Shown: piece by piece, positions 1 through 11,134 of the stretch
Layout of the letters: each line of letters opens with the position of its first letter
Position numbering within the stretch: the stretch's first letter is position 1
Source: Haliotis rufescens
Taxonomy: Eukaryota
DNA: 64,000 nucleotides
Assembly (NCBI RefSeq): GCF_023055435.1
Contig: NW_025964001.1
Location: 45,756,001-45,820,000, forward strand
Direction of reading: 5' to 3'
Notes under the pieces: model-generated
Seen by the model: only the letters and a program-made list of their open reading frames with translations
Told to the model about the DNA's origin: nothing
Database searches by the model: none
Program-made: the position numbers and the translations under genes

Positions 1-1297
1 TGGCGGCTGCATCTGTCTCCCACCTGGCGCCTGTCTAATGTGAACTCCACACCGACGGAACGCTATGTTAAACGGTACCCCAAATAACAGGCGATAAAGC
101 AACAAAATGGAATCAAATTCCAAATAAAATAACAACATGTACATAGAGATCGCAAAGACCAAACCTTTTGAAGTACGGAATTGTGCCCTTTAGGCGAGCC
201 AGGATTCGCTGTTCTTTTGGAGAGAATCTGCAAAACCAGGGATATTTTTGTTTATAACTACGTGTCTAAACAATAAACATATAAATATTTTTGGTAAAAA
301 CATCTTGCAACAGTGTATTTTTGGTGCCAGGCAGTTTATCTTTTTCAGCAGTTTGATAAAATCCCACGCCTGAAACGGCAAGATTTCCCTGCACAATACT
401 GTTGAAAGCGCGTGAAACCCAATTCAGTCACCACTCACTTTAGCCAAACTACTTGAAGTTTACTTAACCATTGGATGTTGATTGAACACTAGTAGCCATG
501 ACTCATTTGGCGTTTATACGGAAGAAGACTGACTTACATAGGGCGGAGTAGAGCTCTAAACACAGCTTGCCTGTTCACTATCACCAATACACTGGGGCAA
601 ATACTAGTGGTCATTTTTACAAACCATATTTGTGTCATAACAACAAAGGTCGTGACGTCCTTACCTCTAGTATCATCATTGACTTTTATGGTTACAGTTC
701 GACTGAGGATCAAACAATCAATCAGCTTTACACCTAATTTTACATATACATGTACATGTTAAGCATTATGGAGATAGAGGTATACGAGTAGAGAAGCATA
801 AGCTTACGTCGACACATGGGCAGTCATCGGCAGTCATGTGAGTGCGAGCGGCTATATTTAGCAGCGTGTGCAGCGCGCGTTTATTACCAGCAGACGCAGT
901 ATTGAAAGCGCTATTGACCAAGGTCACTGCTAAATATAACGCAGTCATCTGACTGCCGATTCCTACCCGAATTGTAACCACCTGATCAAATCTCAATGAT
1001 CTGAATCGCTAGCAAAATTGATATATCTTGAAAAGGGCACTTTTTTCATTTCTGTGAGTAATATTCCTTATGGCTTGCCTTCACTTTGAAAGTATTAGCA
1101 CACATGCAGACAGATACCCTCTTTAAAATTGTTGCAATATTTCGTCATTCTATTTCAAGTGGCGTGGACTATTTAGTCTGACGTGGCATCTTTATTCATT
1201 TCTTGAACCGCATCTAAACTGACAGCCCCGTTGGCATTAAGGGATACAATAGATCATCAGTTGCTAAATCTTGTCGTCAGAGCGGACGTACATGGGG

Positions 1298-1323
1298 CAC
1301 GGACCTATATATACAGGGCTGTG
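1298..1323. mobile_element. 26-bp imperfect palindrome with 7-bp TSD (putative P-superfamily excision footprint or micro-MITE)
   Basis: CACGGACCTATATATACAGGGCTGTG flanked by direct repeat CATGGGG (1291-1297 and 1324-1330); CA...TG termini. Confidence 0.6.
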
Positions 1324-1329
1324 CATGGG

Positions 1330-1580
1330 GACCCATGAAGACCCGGGTAAGAATCGGTTTTGAGCAACCAATGCTGCCGTGAGAGGTGGCTATGTTTGTC
1401 GTAAGAGGCGACTAACGGGATTGGGTGGTCAAGTTCACTGATTTGGGTGATGCGTGTCATCGTATAACAACTGCCTACATCGATGCTCATTATGTCAATT
1501 ACTGGATTGTTTGGTCCAGACTCGCTGTATCTGTCATACAGCTGGAATATTGCGGTGTGCGGCGTTCAACAACAAACTTA
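1330..1580 (+). mobile_element. SINE, head-less 'GACCCGTGAAGATCC' family (family A), diverged copy
   Basis: Starts GACCCATGAAGACCCGGG, contains GTCGTAAGAGGCGACTAACGGG and CTGGATTGTTTGGTCCAGACTCG, ends GGAATATTGCGG..GCGGCGTTCAACAACAAAC; homologous to 8833-9082. Confidence 0.8.
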
Positions 1581-1585
1581 CTAAC

Positions 1586-1730
1586 ATGGGGATCGAGTGA
1601 CTTGGTTGATCGCGTGGCAGCGTACCTGGCGGTTGGGACATTGGTCATGGCATTCACCGGTTTGTTATAAACAGGCCTCCGTCGTAAAGCTGGTGGGTGA
1701 ATTCTGAGTGGGCCAACAAGCAACTACCAA
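1586..1730 (+). mobile_element. Family A SINE 3' fragment, strongly diverged
   Basis: GGGATCGAGTGACTTGGTTGA ... GAATTCTGAGTGGGCCAACAAGCAAC resembles the family A body and tail. Confidence 0.5.
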
Positions 1731-2420
1731 ACTATAGCGAATTATGGGAACAGGCTCTGTTTAATACGAAGGCGGTGATATTCTGGTCACGCACACGGGA
1801 ATTATAGTTGTTTCTTTGAATTCTTTGCTAACCATGGGTAGTGATCTCAGCAACAAGAAGATGAGAGGAGAACTGTGTCGGTGACCTTTGTCGTTGAAGA
1901 AGAGTATCAGTATAGAAAAGCTTGTTTCATATTGAGAAGGGGAAGATGGACTAAAGTGTCCAGTTACAATGCACTGCGTCTCAGCATTATTGCAAGATAT
2001 GTACTAGTATGTGGTCCACGGATAACTGCCCAGCTAATGGATTATCTCGAGTACACAACTAACAGGACCAGCTACCTATTCCATAATCGATTGCATTGGA
2101 TAGCTATACCCTTGTTTTACGACCGTCTATGAATCATTTATATAGCATCCATTATCTCTAACAAAGTCTTTGTGCTAAATATTGATTGATGTTGATTCTC
2201 GGTGAATGGTGGTTCGATTATTGCAGATAGCGCCATATATTTATCAACATGGGCTAACATCGTCTTGTGGTCACATGGAATATACTACTTTCACATATAC
2301 AGTTTACATTCTTTTACGCATTGTCACTAAATTATACTAACTGTCACACTTCTGAGTAGTACATTGAGGGAGTTTCTTTCCTGTGAAGATGTAGGTCGGG
2401 GTGGGTGTTCGTACAGGTGA

Positions 2421-2581
2421 GTGAGTGAGTATGGTTTTACGCCGCTTTTAGCAATATTCCAGCAATATCACGGCGGGGGACATCAGAAATGGGCTTCACA
2501 CATTGTACCCATGTCGGGAATCGAAACCGGGTCTTCGGCGTGACGAGCGAACGCTTTAACCACTAGGCTACCCGACCCCGC
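2421..2581 (-). mobile_element. Short tRNA-derived SINE with 12-bp TSD
   Basis: Minus strand: A box GTAGCCTAGTGG, B box GTTTCGATTCC, tail GGAATATTGCTAAAAGCGGCGTAAAACCATACTCACTCAC; TSD TCGTACAGGTGA at 2409-2420 and 2582-2593. Confidence 0.9.
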
Positions 2582-2586
2582 TCGTA

Positions 2587-3480
2587 CAGGTGAAGATGTA
2601 CATGTTGGTATAGTTGAAGATGTACATGTTGGTATAGGTGAGGATGTACATGTTGGTATAGGTGAAGATGTAGATGTTGGTATAGGTGAGGATGTACATG
2701 TTGGTATAGGTGAGGATGTACATGTTGGTATAGGTGAGGATGTACATGTTGGTATAGGTGAGGATGTAGATGTTGGTATAGGTGAGGATGTACATGTTGG
2801 TATAGGTGAGGATGTACATGTTGGTATAGGTGAGGATGTACATGTTGGTATAGGTGAAGATGTACATGTTGGTATAGGTGCGGATGTACATGTTGGTATA
2901 GGTGAAGATGTAGATGTTGGTATAGGTTAAGATGTACATGTTGGTATAGGTGAGGATGTACATGTTGGTATAGGTGAGGATGTACATGTTGGTATAGGTG
3001 AGGATGTAGATGTTGGTATAGGTGAGGATGTACATGTTGGTATAGGTGAGGATGTACATGTTGGTATAGGTGAGGATGTACATGTTGGTATAGGTGAAGA
3101 TGTACATGTAGATGTTGATGTCGGGGTAGGTGTTGGTATAGATAAAGATGTAGACGGTGATATAGGTTAAGATGTTGATGTTGGTGTAGGGTAGATGTTG
3201 ATATAGGTGAAGATGTAGATGTTGGTATAGGTGAAGTTGTAGATGTTGATGTCGGGGTAGGTGTTGGTATAGATGAAGATGTAGACGGTGATATAGGTTA
3301 AGATGTTGATGTTGGTGTAGGGTAGATGTTGATATAGGTGAAGATGTAGATGTTGGTATAGGTGAAGATGTAGATGTTGATGTCGGGGTAGGTGTTGGTA
3401 TAGATGAAGATGTAGACGGTGATATAGGTTACGATGTTGATGTTGGTGTAGGGTAGATGTTGATATAGGTGAAGATGTTG
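2587..3480. repeat. 24-bp minisatellite (AGGTGAGGATGTACATGTTGGTAT)n, degenerating into longer composite units after about 3110
   Basis: Direct tandem repeats visible; source of spurious ORFs 2568-3107 and 3167-3607. Confidence 0.95.
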
Positions 3481-3598
3481 GCGTCGGGGTAGGTGTGGCA
3501 GTGTGTGAACATGTGGGTGTCGGGGGAGTGTTTTTGTTGTAGATACTAATCGCGCGATTAATCATCACAGCCAAATTTACGTGACTTGCTTGGGTACG

Positions 3599-3875
3599 GG
3601 GGGGCACGGGTGGCCCAGTCGTCTAAGGCGCCGCGATTCGCTGTGCAGAGCTGTGTCCCTTGGGCGCACCAGAAACTAATGATTGTGGGTTCGAATCCCG
3701 GTTCGCCCCGATTATGTTTCTAGGTTTGTCAGCACCATGCCCCTGCTCGTAGATTTCATCGACGTGGTAAACGTCTGAGACCTGCATCACTTCGGGCTTT
3801 CCTCCCACATTTAGCTGACACGCCGCGATATAACTGGAATACAGTTAAAAGCCGAGTTGAACCCAACTCACTCAC
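3599..3875 (+). mobile_element. tRNA-derived SINE with V-domain-like body and 12-bp TSD
   Basis: A box GGTGGCCCAGTCG, B box GGTTCGAATCCC, TTTCCTCCCAC motif, (ACTC)n tail; TSD TGCTTGGGTACG at 3587-3598 and 3876-3887. Confidence 0.85.
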
Positions 3876-4439
3876 TGCTTGGGTACGACCATCCTAAAAA
3901 ATGATAACTTCGCACGAGTTTATGGACACGCAGTTTATGACACGGTGCCAACCTTACTCTCACCCCATGACAAATTCCTATATTCCAGGATACACCAAAC
4001 TAATCACTCATGTCTGTTTGTTGTGGACACAGGATTCCATATATCCAGTATCACTATCAAACATTAAGTATATAGTATTTGTATAGGAACTATGGGACCA
4101 TGATTCTGACAATGTTATTCATGACCGTCAGTGAAGTAGTTTTTACAGAATTGTGTTTCTTATGATTAAGTTGTATTATTTACAGACTGCCGCCACACGG
4201 TTGGAATATTGCGCAGTGCAAACAAAGAAACATAGTTATGTTGCATGTCTGCCATCAGTCTATCTATACCACCGTAGACCTACTATACAAAGGCTGTCTA
4301 GTGTCCAACTCTGTATAGCTATGTACAATTGTTAACTTGAAAACTGTGCATTCTTGATTTTCCTACTGTGATCTAACAGTAGCCCCCGCTGTGACATTTG
4401 GCGTCTGTGTTTGTGTGTGCTTAAAATGTACAGTCAGGC

Positions 4440-6006
4440 TACAGCTGTACACAACAGTGGGAAGGGGATCAGACAATTCTCCTTCACTTGCACAGATCTT
4501 TAATACGCTCCAAACTATGGTTCCATTGTCTGTGGTGGAGCCTTCCACAGCAGCTTAGACACTGTACACCACCAAGGACTAAGGCTCTGTCTTGGGCCGT
4601 TTTAGGACCTGTCGTGTGGGCGGTTTGTGTGGGGAAGCCAATGAGCCTTCCCTCAAACGACGCCGCATTAAACTATCACTGTTATACATCCCTAAATAGT
4701 AAAATCCAGCATACAATTGTGTTTTCAACCTTCTGTTTGTAAACCTGTTTCGAAATTTGTCAAATCAGATTCCACCACTTGGAATAAGAACTTAACCACA
4801 CATAAGTGCATCTCAAAAAAGATCTTGATATCATATCTCCTTACCGACTTCTGTCCTCTCCTCCATGGCAGATGGTGAATTAGAGGTAGACCTCACTCTC
4901 ACCCAGCTAAAAATGTCCGAAACAAATACTTTGGTATATGCAAAGAATGCAACCAATTACGCACAAAATATAATCCTCACAGATCCATTTTTAAGACGGG
5001 TCCAAGGACGGGGGCAAAGTTGCAAGTGCCACCATCATTGGATCCAAAACTGTCTTCTCAAGAATGTCAGATAATAGTTCAGTCTTTACTGCTGAGGCCA
5101 AAGCTATCTTAACAGCTTTGATCTATATCAAACAACAATGTACAAACTTTATCATATTTTCAGATTCATTGTCTTGCCTTCAGGCAGTTAAAAGTGCCTA
5201 GTCCTATCACCCTATAATCCTAGATGTCTCAGAACTCTATAATGATCTTTCTACTGTCCAATGTGACATCTTATTTTGCTGGTTGCCAAGTCATGTAGGC
5301 ATAATAGGAAACTCAAAGCCGACGCTGCAGCTAAAGCAGCTCTTGACAAACTGTTATCTCAACTCCTCATCCCGTACAGTTATTTCAGACCATTTCAGTT
5401 ATTTTGCTTTAGTGTAAATTTTGCAATCGCAAAGGATTAACATTACCATACAGTAAACCTGAAAGATCTTTTGCCCGTGTAAGCGGGCATCTCATTCTCA
5501 ACTACTTGAAAGATATTGGTCTGTATCATAAATTTTAAATATGTTTGTGAATAACAAATTGCTTGTTTTTCAATTTGGTTTGATTCTTTTGTCAACAAAG
5601 ATTATTGAAGGCTTTGGCCAGGAGGTTAAAGTACCGTAAAATTATTGTCCCCCTGCGTGACTCGCAATTCCTATCATAATCAATGTAACTATCATTTACC
5701 AGTGTTTTAAGCCAACTCATTGCTGAGCATTTTTTAATATTGGCTAGTATTGTGCACAATCACCAGTAGCCAAAGTGATGACGTAAACCCTGCTGGAGTA
5801 TCATGCAGGTTGTTGAGGCACCGTAAGTCCCCATGATCCCCTGAGAGGTGGCCGAGCTTTGGTTGCTGGTGGTTTTAGACGGTTGTAAATGATATTGTTA
5901 TGATAAAATATAACGTTGTATTCATAACTCAGTTGTATATATGTCAACCTTTTCTCGTTATGTGGATAAAATATCGCCGATGCGACGTTACAATTTTAAC
6001 TCACTC
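4440..6006 (+). mobile_element. Decayed 3' part of an RNase H-containing LINE (I/Nimb/Ingi group)
   Basis: Frameshifted motifs: LHRSLIRSKL-YGSIV, DTVHHQGLRLCLG, EANEPSLKRRRIKLSL, NPAYNCVF; RNase H motifs DGSKDG, SVFTAEAKAI, IFSDSLSCL, CWLPSHVGIIGN, ADAAAKAAL; 3' UTR ends in GCCGATGCGACGTTA..ACTCACTC. Confidence 0.85.
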
Positions 6007-6256
6007 AGTGTACACAACATCCCCGCACCTTCCTTCAAGCATCTTACCCTCCCAGGTCCGGTAGTCCGGTGGTCACGGATGGGTCTGTCGCAGAGTATAG
6101 ATCCTACACCGAGGACTGTCTGTAGTGTGCACATCACATTCATGTGTTCTCCTATCACGGTCCAAGTTTGTTGATGCCTCTCAAATATTGGGACATTTAT
6201 CCACATCGTACCTCCATGTACCCTTATCATGTGCCGTTTACAGTCACGATTGAAGT

Positions 6257-6516
6257 TTTGTTTGTTTGTTTGTTTGTTTAACGCAGCACTCAGCAGTATC
6301 CAAGCTGTATAACGGCAGTCTGTAAATAATCGAATCTGGACCAGACAAGCCAGTGATTGACCCTATTGATCTCGGCAGTTGGGATCTGTGACATGCATCA
6401 AACAAGTCAGCGAGCCTGACCACCCGATCCCGTTAGTCGCTTACGACAAGCATGGTCGCCTCTTAAGGCAAGCATAGGTTGCTGAAGACCTATTCAAACC
6501 CGGATCTTCACGGGTC
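6257..6516 (-). mobile_element. Family A SINE, full length
   Basis: Reverse complement begins GACCCGTGAAGATCCGGGTTTGAATAGGTCTTCAGC and ends with (AAAC)n. Confidence 0.85.
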
Positions 6517-6633
6517 TCATTTGGTACCTGTTCCTATCTATTAAAAACGTTATGTCGTCAATATGTCAGTCGCAGATGGGTGCGTTCACAGTGCAACTAG
6601 AGTACAATATATTTATCATGACTCTAGAAGAAA

Positions 6634-6892
6634 ACCCCGTTGTGATTCCGTGTTGAAATAGGTCCCCAGCAACCTATGCTGGTCGTGAGAGCCGACCAAA
6701 TGGATCGAGTGGTGGGGCTATGTAACATAGTTGATTGCTAGGTGACATGGTTGATCGCATGTCATGATTACCCGAGGTCATGGATCGTTGCTCACAATAT
6801 CGATCTCTGGATTGTCTGCCCCCGACTCCATTGTTTACAGAAAGCCGACACAAAGCGGGAATATTACTGAGTAAGACGTTAACTAGCAAACT
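6634..6892 (+). mobile_element. Family A SINE, diverged, head-to-head with the 6257-6516 copy
   Basis: ACCCCGTTGTGATTCCG..AATAGGTCCCCAGCAACCTATGC ... GGAATATTACTGAGTAAGACGTTAAC. Confidence 0.75.
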
Positions 6893-8415
6893 TTAGAACA
6901 AGTCCAAGACAGCTTTTATGACCAAGGGCTTGTGTCGCGCACTCAATAGAAAGTATCATTGGCCGGGATATGAGTATTTCACGCTTGCTGAAAATTCGTT
7001 TACATCAGATGTAAAGCTGTAATGTGTAACTTCTTCAAACTTGTGATTAGGCTTGTAATGCACGCACTATTGGTGATACGGCGTTTTATGTAACTATATA
7101 TATACACTTTGTTTGGCGTTCAGTCTGGGATATAACGTTTGGTGGTCGTCCCGGACGCTAGTGCTCTTCTGAATGTCGGGTTAAGTAATAGGAAGCATTA
7201 CTCGCTGCCACTGATCACACAGATGATTCGTCTAGCCACCCTAACCAACTTACTGTCACATCTACAACTCTTACTCTCCGTGTTTTGTCAGCATTCACGT
7301 ACTGCTCTAGGGCCTATGAACTGGTTAACCACGGACAAAGTTGACCTTATCGTATAGAACCCAGACTCTAGGGTGTGAAGGCATGGTCATTGCGGTTACC
7401 TGATGAATATTTTACTGTACTGTAAACGTCTTGTCTGGGGTAAGGTCACCCCATTTCAGGCTCCCTTTTTTTAGCTTTAAAAAGTCACTTGGTCTAAATC
7501 CCAGATTACGTTAGGTGTATGACATGTTGACCTCTACTCCGACAGGCGTCGTTTTGTTAACACAGAATCATCAGACGCACCCACGGGATAGCAGTAGCTG
7601 CTTTTCTATTCAGGATTGTATATGTGTTGTGTCCACTGAATCTCCACGTGAAAAAAACCGTACAAGGAGCCATGGACACTATCATTAGCGGAGGCCGGCT
7701 CCCGGTATTACAGATGGCTGACCACCACATCGAACGTCATTCTCGAACACACATACTGGCCACTCTGGTCATGTCAATAGCATATCGGAGGGATATTAGT
7801 TTCTTGGATTATTTGACATTTCTTATGACTTATTAGTAGAACATATTACTGCTCTGACATTTGGAATGTGTATAGTGAGAATGCCAGGGTCATTTAGAAA
7901 AGGCAGTTAAACCTAGGAAGAGTTGCCAAGGAATGAAGGCAATGCGTGTAGCTTGGTTTGTCCATGTCGCCGCGACATCGAGCTCCATGTCTACTGATTG
8001 CCTAAGCACCTGCGCTGAGATAATATATTAGGCTTTGTCAACGAATTGCGAGATCTCCCCGATGGTGCCTCTCCGCAGGTGACTCGGCAGAATAAGTCCC
8101 CTTTACCCCCGGGACTAGGCTACCCGACCGCCCAAATATCAATCAACCATTGATATGCCTATCCTAGAAAACCGACTGTATAGTAAAACAACATCCACCT
8201 TTCTGCTCTGGTGCTATTATGTTCAGGATAGAGCACGACATGTTACGGTATGGGAGGTAGATGCCTGTTACCAGAGACGAAACAAGACATTATAATGCAG
8301 GTGCAGGTTAATAAACAGCCTTAATATGGCTACAGTGACAGGTTAACGAATTGTATGTATGTGGCTCCCTCTGACAGGACAGCTGTAGACATTCTATGAT
8401 AGTAATACACATATG

Positions 8416-8517
8416 TAAGAAATAAACGACTCGTGGTTGTTGTTTATGGTACAATAAAACAATGTCTGCAGTGTTTTATTGAACGATAAACAACGGCCAC
8501 GGGTCGTTTATTTCTTA
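8416..8517. repeat. 102-bp imperfect palindrome (about 46-bp arms)
   Basis: TAAGAAATAAACGACTCGTGGTTGTTGTTTATGGTACAATAAAACA / TGTTTTATTGAACGATAAACAACGGCCACGGGTCGTTTATTTCTTA. Confidence 0.85.
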
Positions 8518-8832
8518 TATGATATATCAACATTATGTACAGCCTTTTTAAAGATGTCAATAAATTGTACAAGCTTTTAAACATTTACCCGTATTTAAAT
8601 CTTGATGACACCATGAATACAATCCGACCTCGGACAGCTCCATTCTATGTACAGGGGAGTTCAGTTTGGTATTCTCACAATTTTCACGTCGATTATCTGC
8701 ACATTTTCTCCCAATTTCGATTTTCATATCTCTCCCAGTTTAGGGCGCAATCGTTCGGCCAGTGCTTCATCTGCATTGTCCAGCTACATCTATAGGGAAC
8801 AACTAACTCTAGACACTTCTCTCTCAAAAATA

Positions 8833-9082
8833 GACCCGTGAAAATCCGGAGTAGAATAGATCTTTAGCAACCCATGCTTGCCGTAAAAGGCGACTAACGG
8901 GATCGGGTGGTCAGGCTCGCTGACTTGGTTGATGCATGTCATCGATCCCAATTACTTGGATCGATGCTCATGATATTAATCACTGGATTGTCTGGTCCAG
9001 ACTCGATTGTTTACAGACCGCCGTCATATAGCTGGAATATAGCTGAGTGCGGCGTTAAACAACAAACCAACAACCAACCAAC
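8833..9082 (+). mobile_element. Family A SINE, full length
   Basis: GACCCGTG start, (AACC)n tail, imperfect TSD CTCTCAAAAATA (8821-8832) / CTCTAGAAAATA (9083-9094). Confidence 0.9.
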
Positions 9083-9225
9083 CTCTAGAAAATAACGTCG
9101 TCCAATATACGACGTCATCAAGTTGCGAATCTCCACAGATGACGTCATGAAGGAACAATCGTGAAATAAACTACGCTTCGTTCTTCATTGTTCTTTGCGA
9201 TTTATTGCGTAGCTATCTTATGTAA

Positions 9226-9881
9226 AGTGGCCCATACACGATCAATTTGATTGACACTATTATTGTCAATATAGATTACTGACAATAATATTGACAGTTA
9301 GTGGAATGTATTGAAGCAAAAAATGATATTGCACAATATATTGAAGAAATCAAAACTCTGTAGATTTTTATTGAAGGTTCCTCAATATTATTGTGTCATT
9401 GGTGGTCAGTTTCAATATTATTGATCAATATTTCATAGAGGGTTCAAACTTCAAAGAGAAAACATGTCCTCTCAAAATAAAGAAGAAGAAAGAAGATTCT
9501 TACTTGAGTGCATAGATGTCTACAGAGAATTGCCAGCCCTTTGGAAGGTCAAGAGTGATGACTACAGTAACAAAGCAAAAAAGGAATTGGCATATGAAAA
9601 GCTTTTACTGAACTATCGTGAATATTTTCCAAACGCAACAAAGGAAGAACTTAAAAGGAAATTAAATGCTCTACGCACAAATTGTAGAAAAGAACTAAGA
9701 AAAGTGAAAGAATCACAAAAGTCTGGGGCTGGAGAAGATCCATCTAGTTGCACTGACAGATGCTTCACAAATGAGCACAATATTGAACAATAATATTGTG
9801 CAATTGGTGGACAAACGAATATTGTATCAATAGTATTGTACCAATAATATTGTAAATCATATTGATAGTGTATGGGCCACT
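9226..9881 (+). mobile_element. Non-autonomous PIF/Harbinger element (internal deletion derivative) carrying a MADF ORF
   Basis: TIRs AGTGGCCCATACAC / GTGTATGGGCCACT, 3-bp TAA TSD (9223-9225, 9882-9884), subterminal ATATTG repeats; Harbingers encode a Myb/SANT/MADF protein. Confidence 0.9.
9464..9793 (+). CDS. MADF (Myb/SANT-like) DNA-binding domain protein of the Harbinger element, C-terminally truncated
   Basis: FLLECIDVYRELPALWKVKSDDYSNKAKKELAYEKL...LKRKLNALRTNCRKELRKVKESQKSGAG is a typical MADF signature; uninterrupted 109-aa ORF. Confidence 0.8.
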   Translation: MSSQNKEEERRFLLECIDVYRELPALWKVKSDDYSNKAKKELAYEKLLLNYREYFPNATKEELKRKLNALRTNCRKELRKVKESQKSGAGEDPSSCTDRCFTNEHNIEQ

Positions 9882-11134
9882 TAAGTGTCTAAACGCCGCT
9901 CGTTACTTGACGTTTTCCTATTGCTAAATGTTTCACAATTAAACAATTACAAACCATGGAGATTTGGACAATCACCCCACCTCCTCGTATTATTTCCAGT
10001 TTGTTACACAGTGCCCTTGAGTCGAGAATCTTCCTTGCCAGTGATAATTGTTAAACTTGTGAAAGCATTGTGAAAGTTTTCTTAAACCCTAGGGTTTTGG
10101 CAAATACTCCTATTTCGAAAACTTCCTCTTGTTTGATGTGACAGTTTACGCGCTTCAATCAAATTACGGAAGTAACGGCGCCGGAACAGCCTGTGTGTTT
10201 GGTCATCTGTGTGATTGGGCGAGGGGTAAATATCAGACTGCTGCCTGCTGTGAACGTGTTCAGATAGTGAGAGCAGATTGATTGATTGATTGATTGATTA
10301 ATTAGCACATTAAGAGAAAGTTTGGCAGCGGTTAAAATGCCATAGTTTAATGGTGACCTTCTGGTGTTTAAGTCTGTATCTACCATAACATTCTTACTGA
10401 GCTTAGTAAGTCACCAGTGATATTACATCTTGACCTGCTTTTTTTTATTATGTAAATGGGGTTGACATTACTTAGGCAAGAAAGAAGACCGAACTTGGCT
10501 TTATGTGCCCTCGTACAGGATGACAATTGAAACCGACCTTCCACATTCTGTATAGATTAACACGTGGCATTTCCTACAGTTGTTTGACCGCCGATGGTTC
10601 CTCTGGCTGTGGATCCGAGAAGTAGGGAAAGGGGAACTCTCTTCATGGAAGACCCGAGAAGGGGAAGACGCCATATTGCTTTTCCTAGTCGCAAGCATGT
10701 TACCAAGATATGATCGAAATAATGTCAATATTACATATCCTAGATTAAACGGGTAGGTACTGAAGATTGTAATTGTAATGTGTAGTACATTAAATAATAT
10801 TTGTAGCTTTCTTCATACATGGACCGCCTCTGTGGTAGAGTGTCCGCCCGGAGAGCAGAGGGTCCGGGGTTCGATCGCCGGCCGCGTCTTACCAAAAGAC
10901 GTTTAAAGATGGTCTTTATTGTTACCCTGCCTGGCGCTCGGCATTAAGGGGCTAAAACAAGGACTGGTCGGCTCGGAGTGAGTATACCGTGTCTGAGTGG
11001 GGTATTCATGTTAAACTGCTGAATGGTATCTCTGGGCTAGCACTATAAAATCGGCATTAGTCCGGACTAGTACAAGCAGCTGCGCGCACGCACGCACATT
11101 CGCACACAGGCACGCACGTGCATGCTTGTCGCTA

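Noticed and set aside
2568-3607. Repetitive ORFs (YILTYTNM)n and His/Leu-rich ORF
   Set aside because: Translations of the 24-bp minisatellite; no domain or splice support
7545-7580. Minus-strand GCGT-CTGATGA...AAAAC-GACGC hammerhead-like motif
   Set aside because: Lacks GAAA, stem II, stem III and a cleavage triplet
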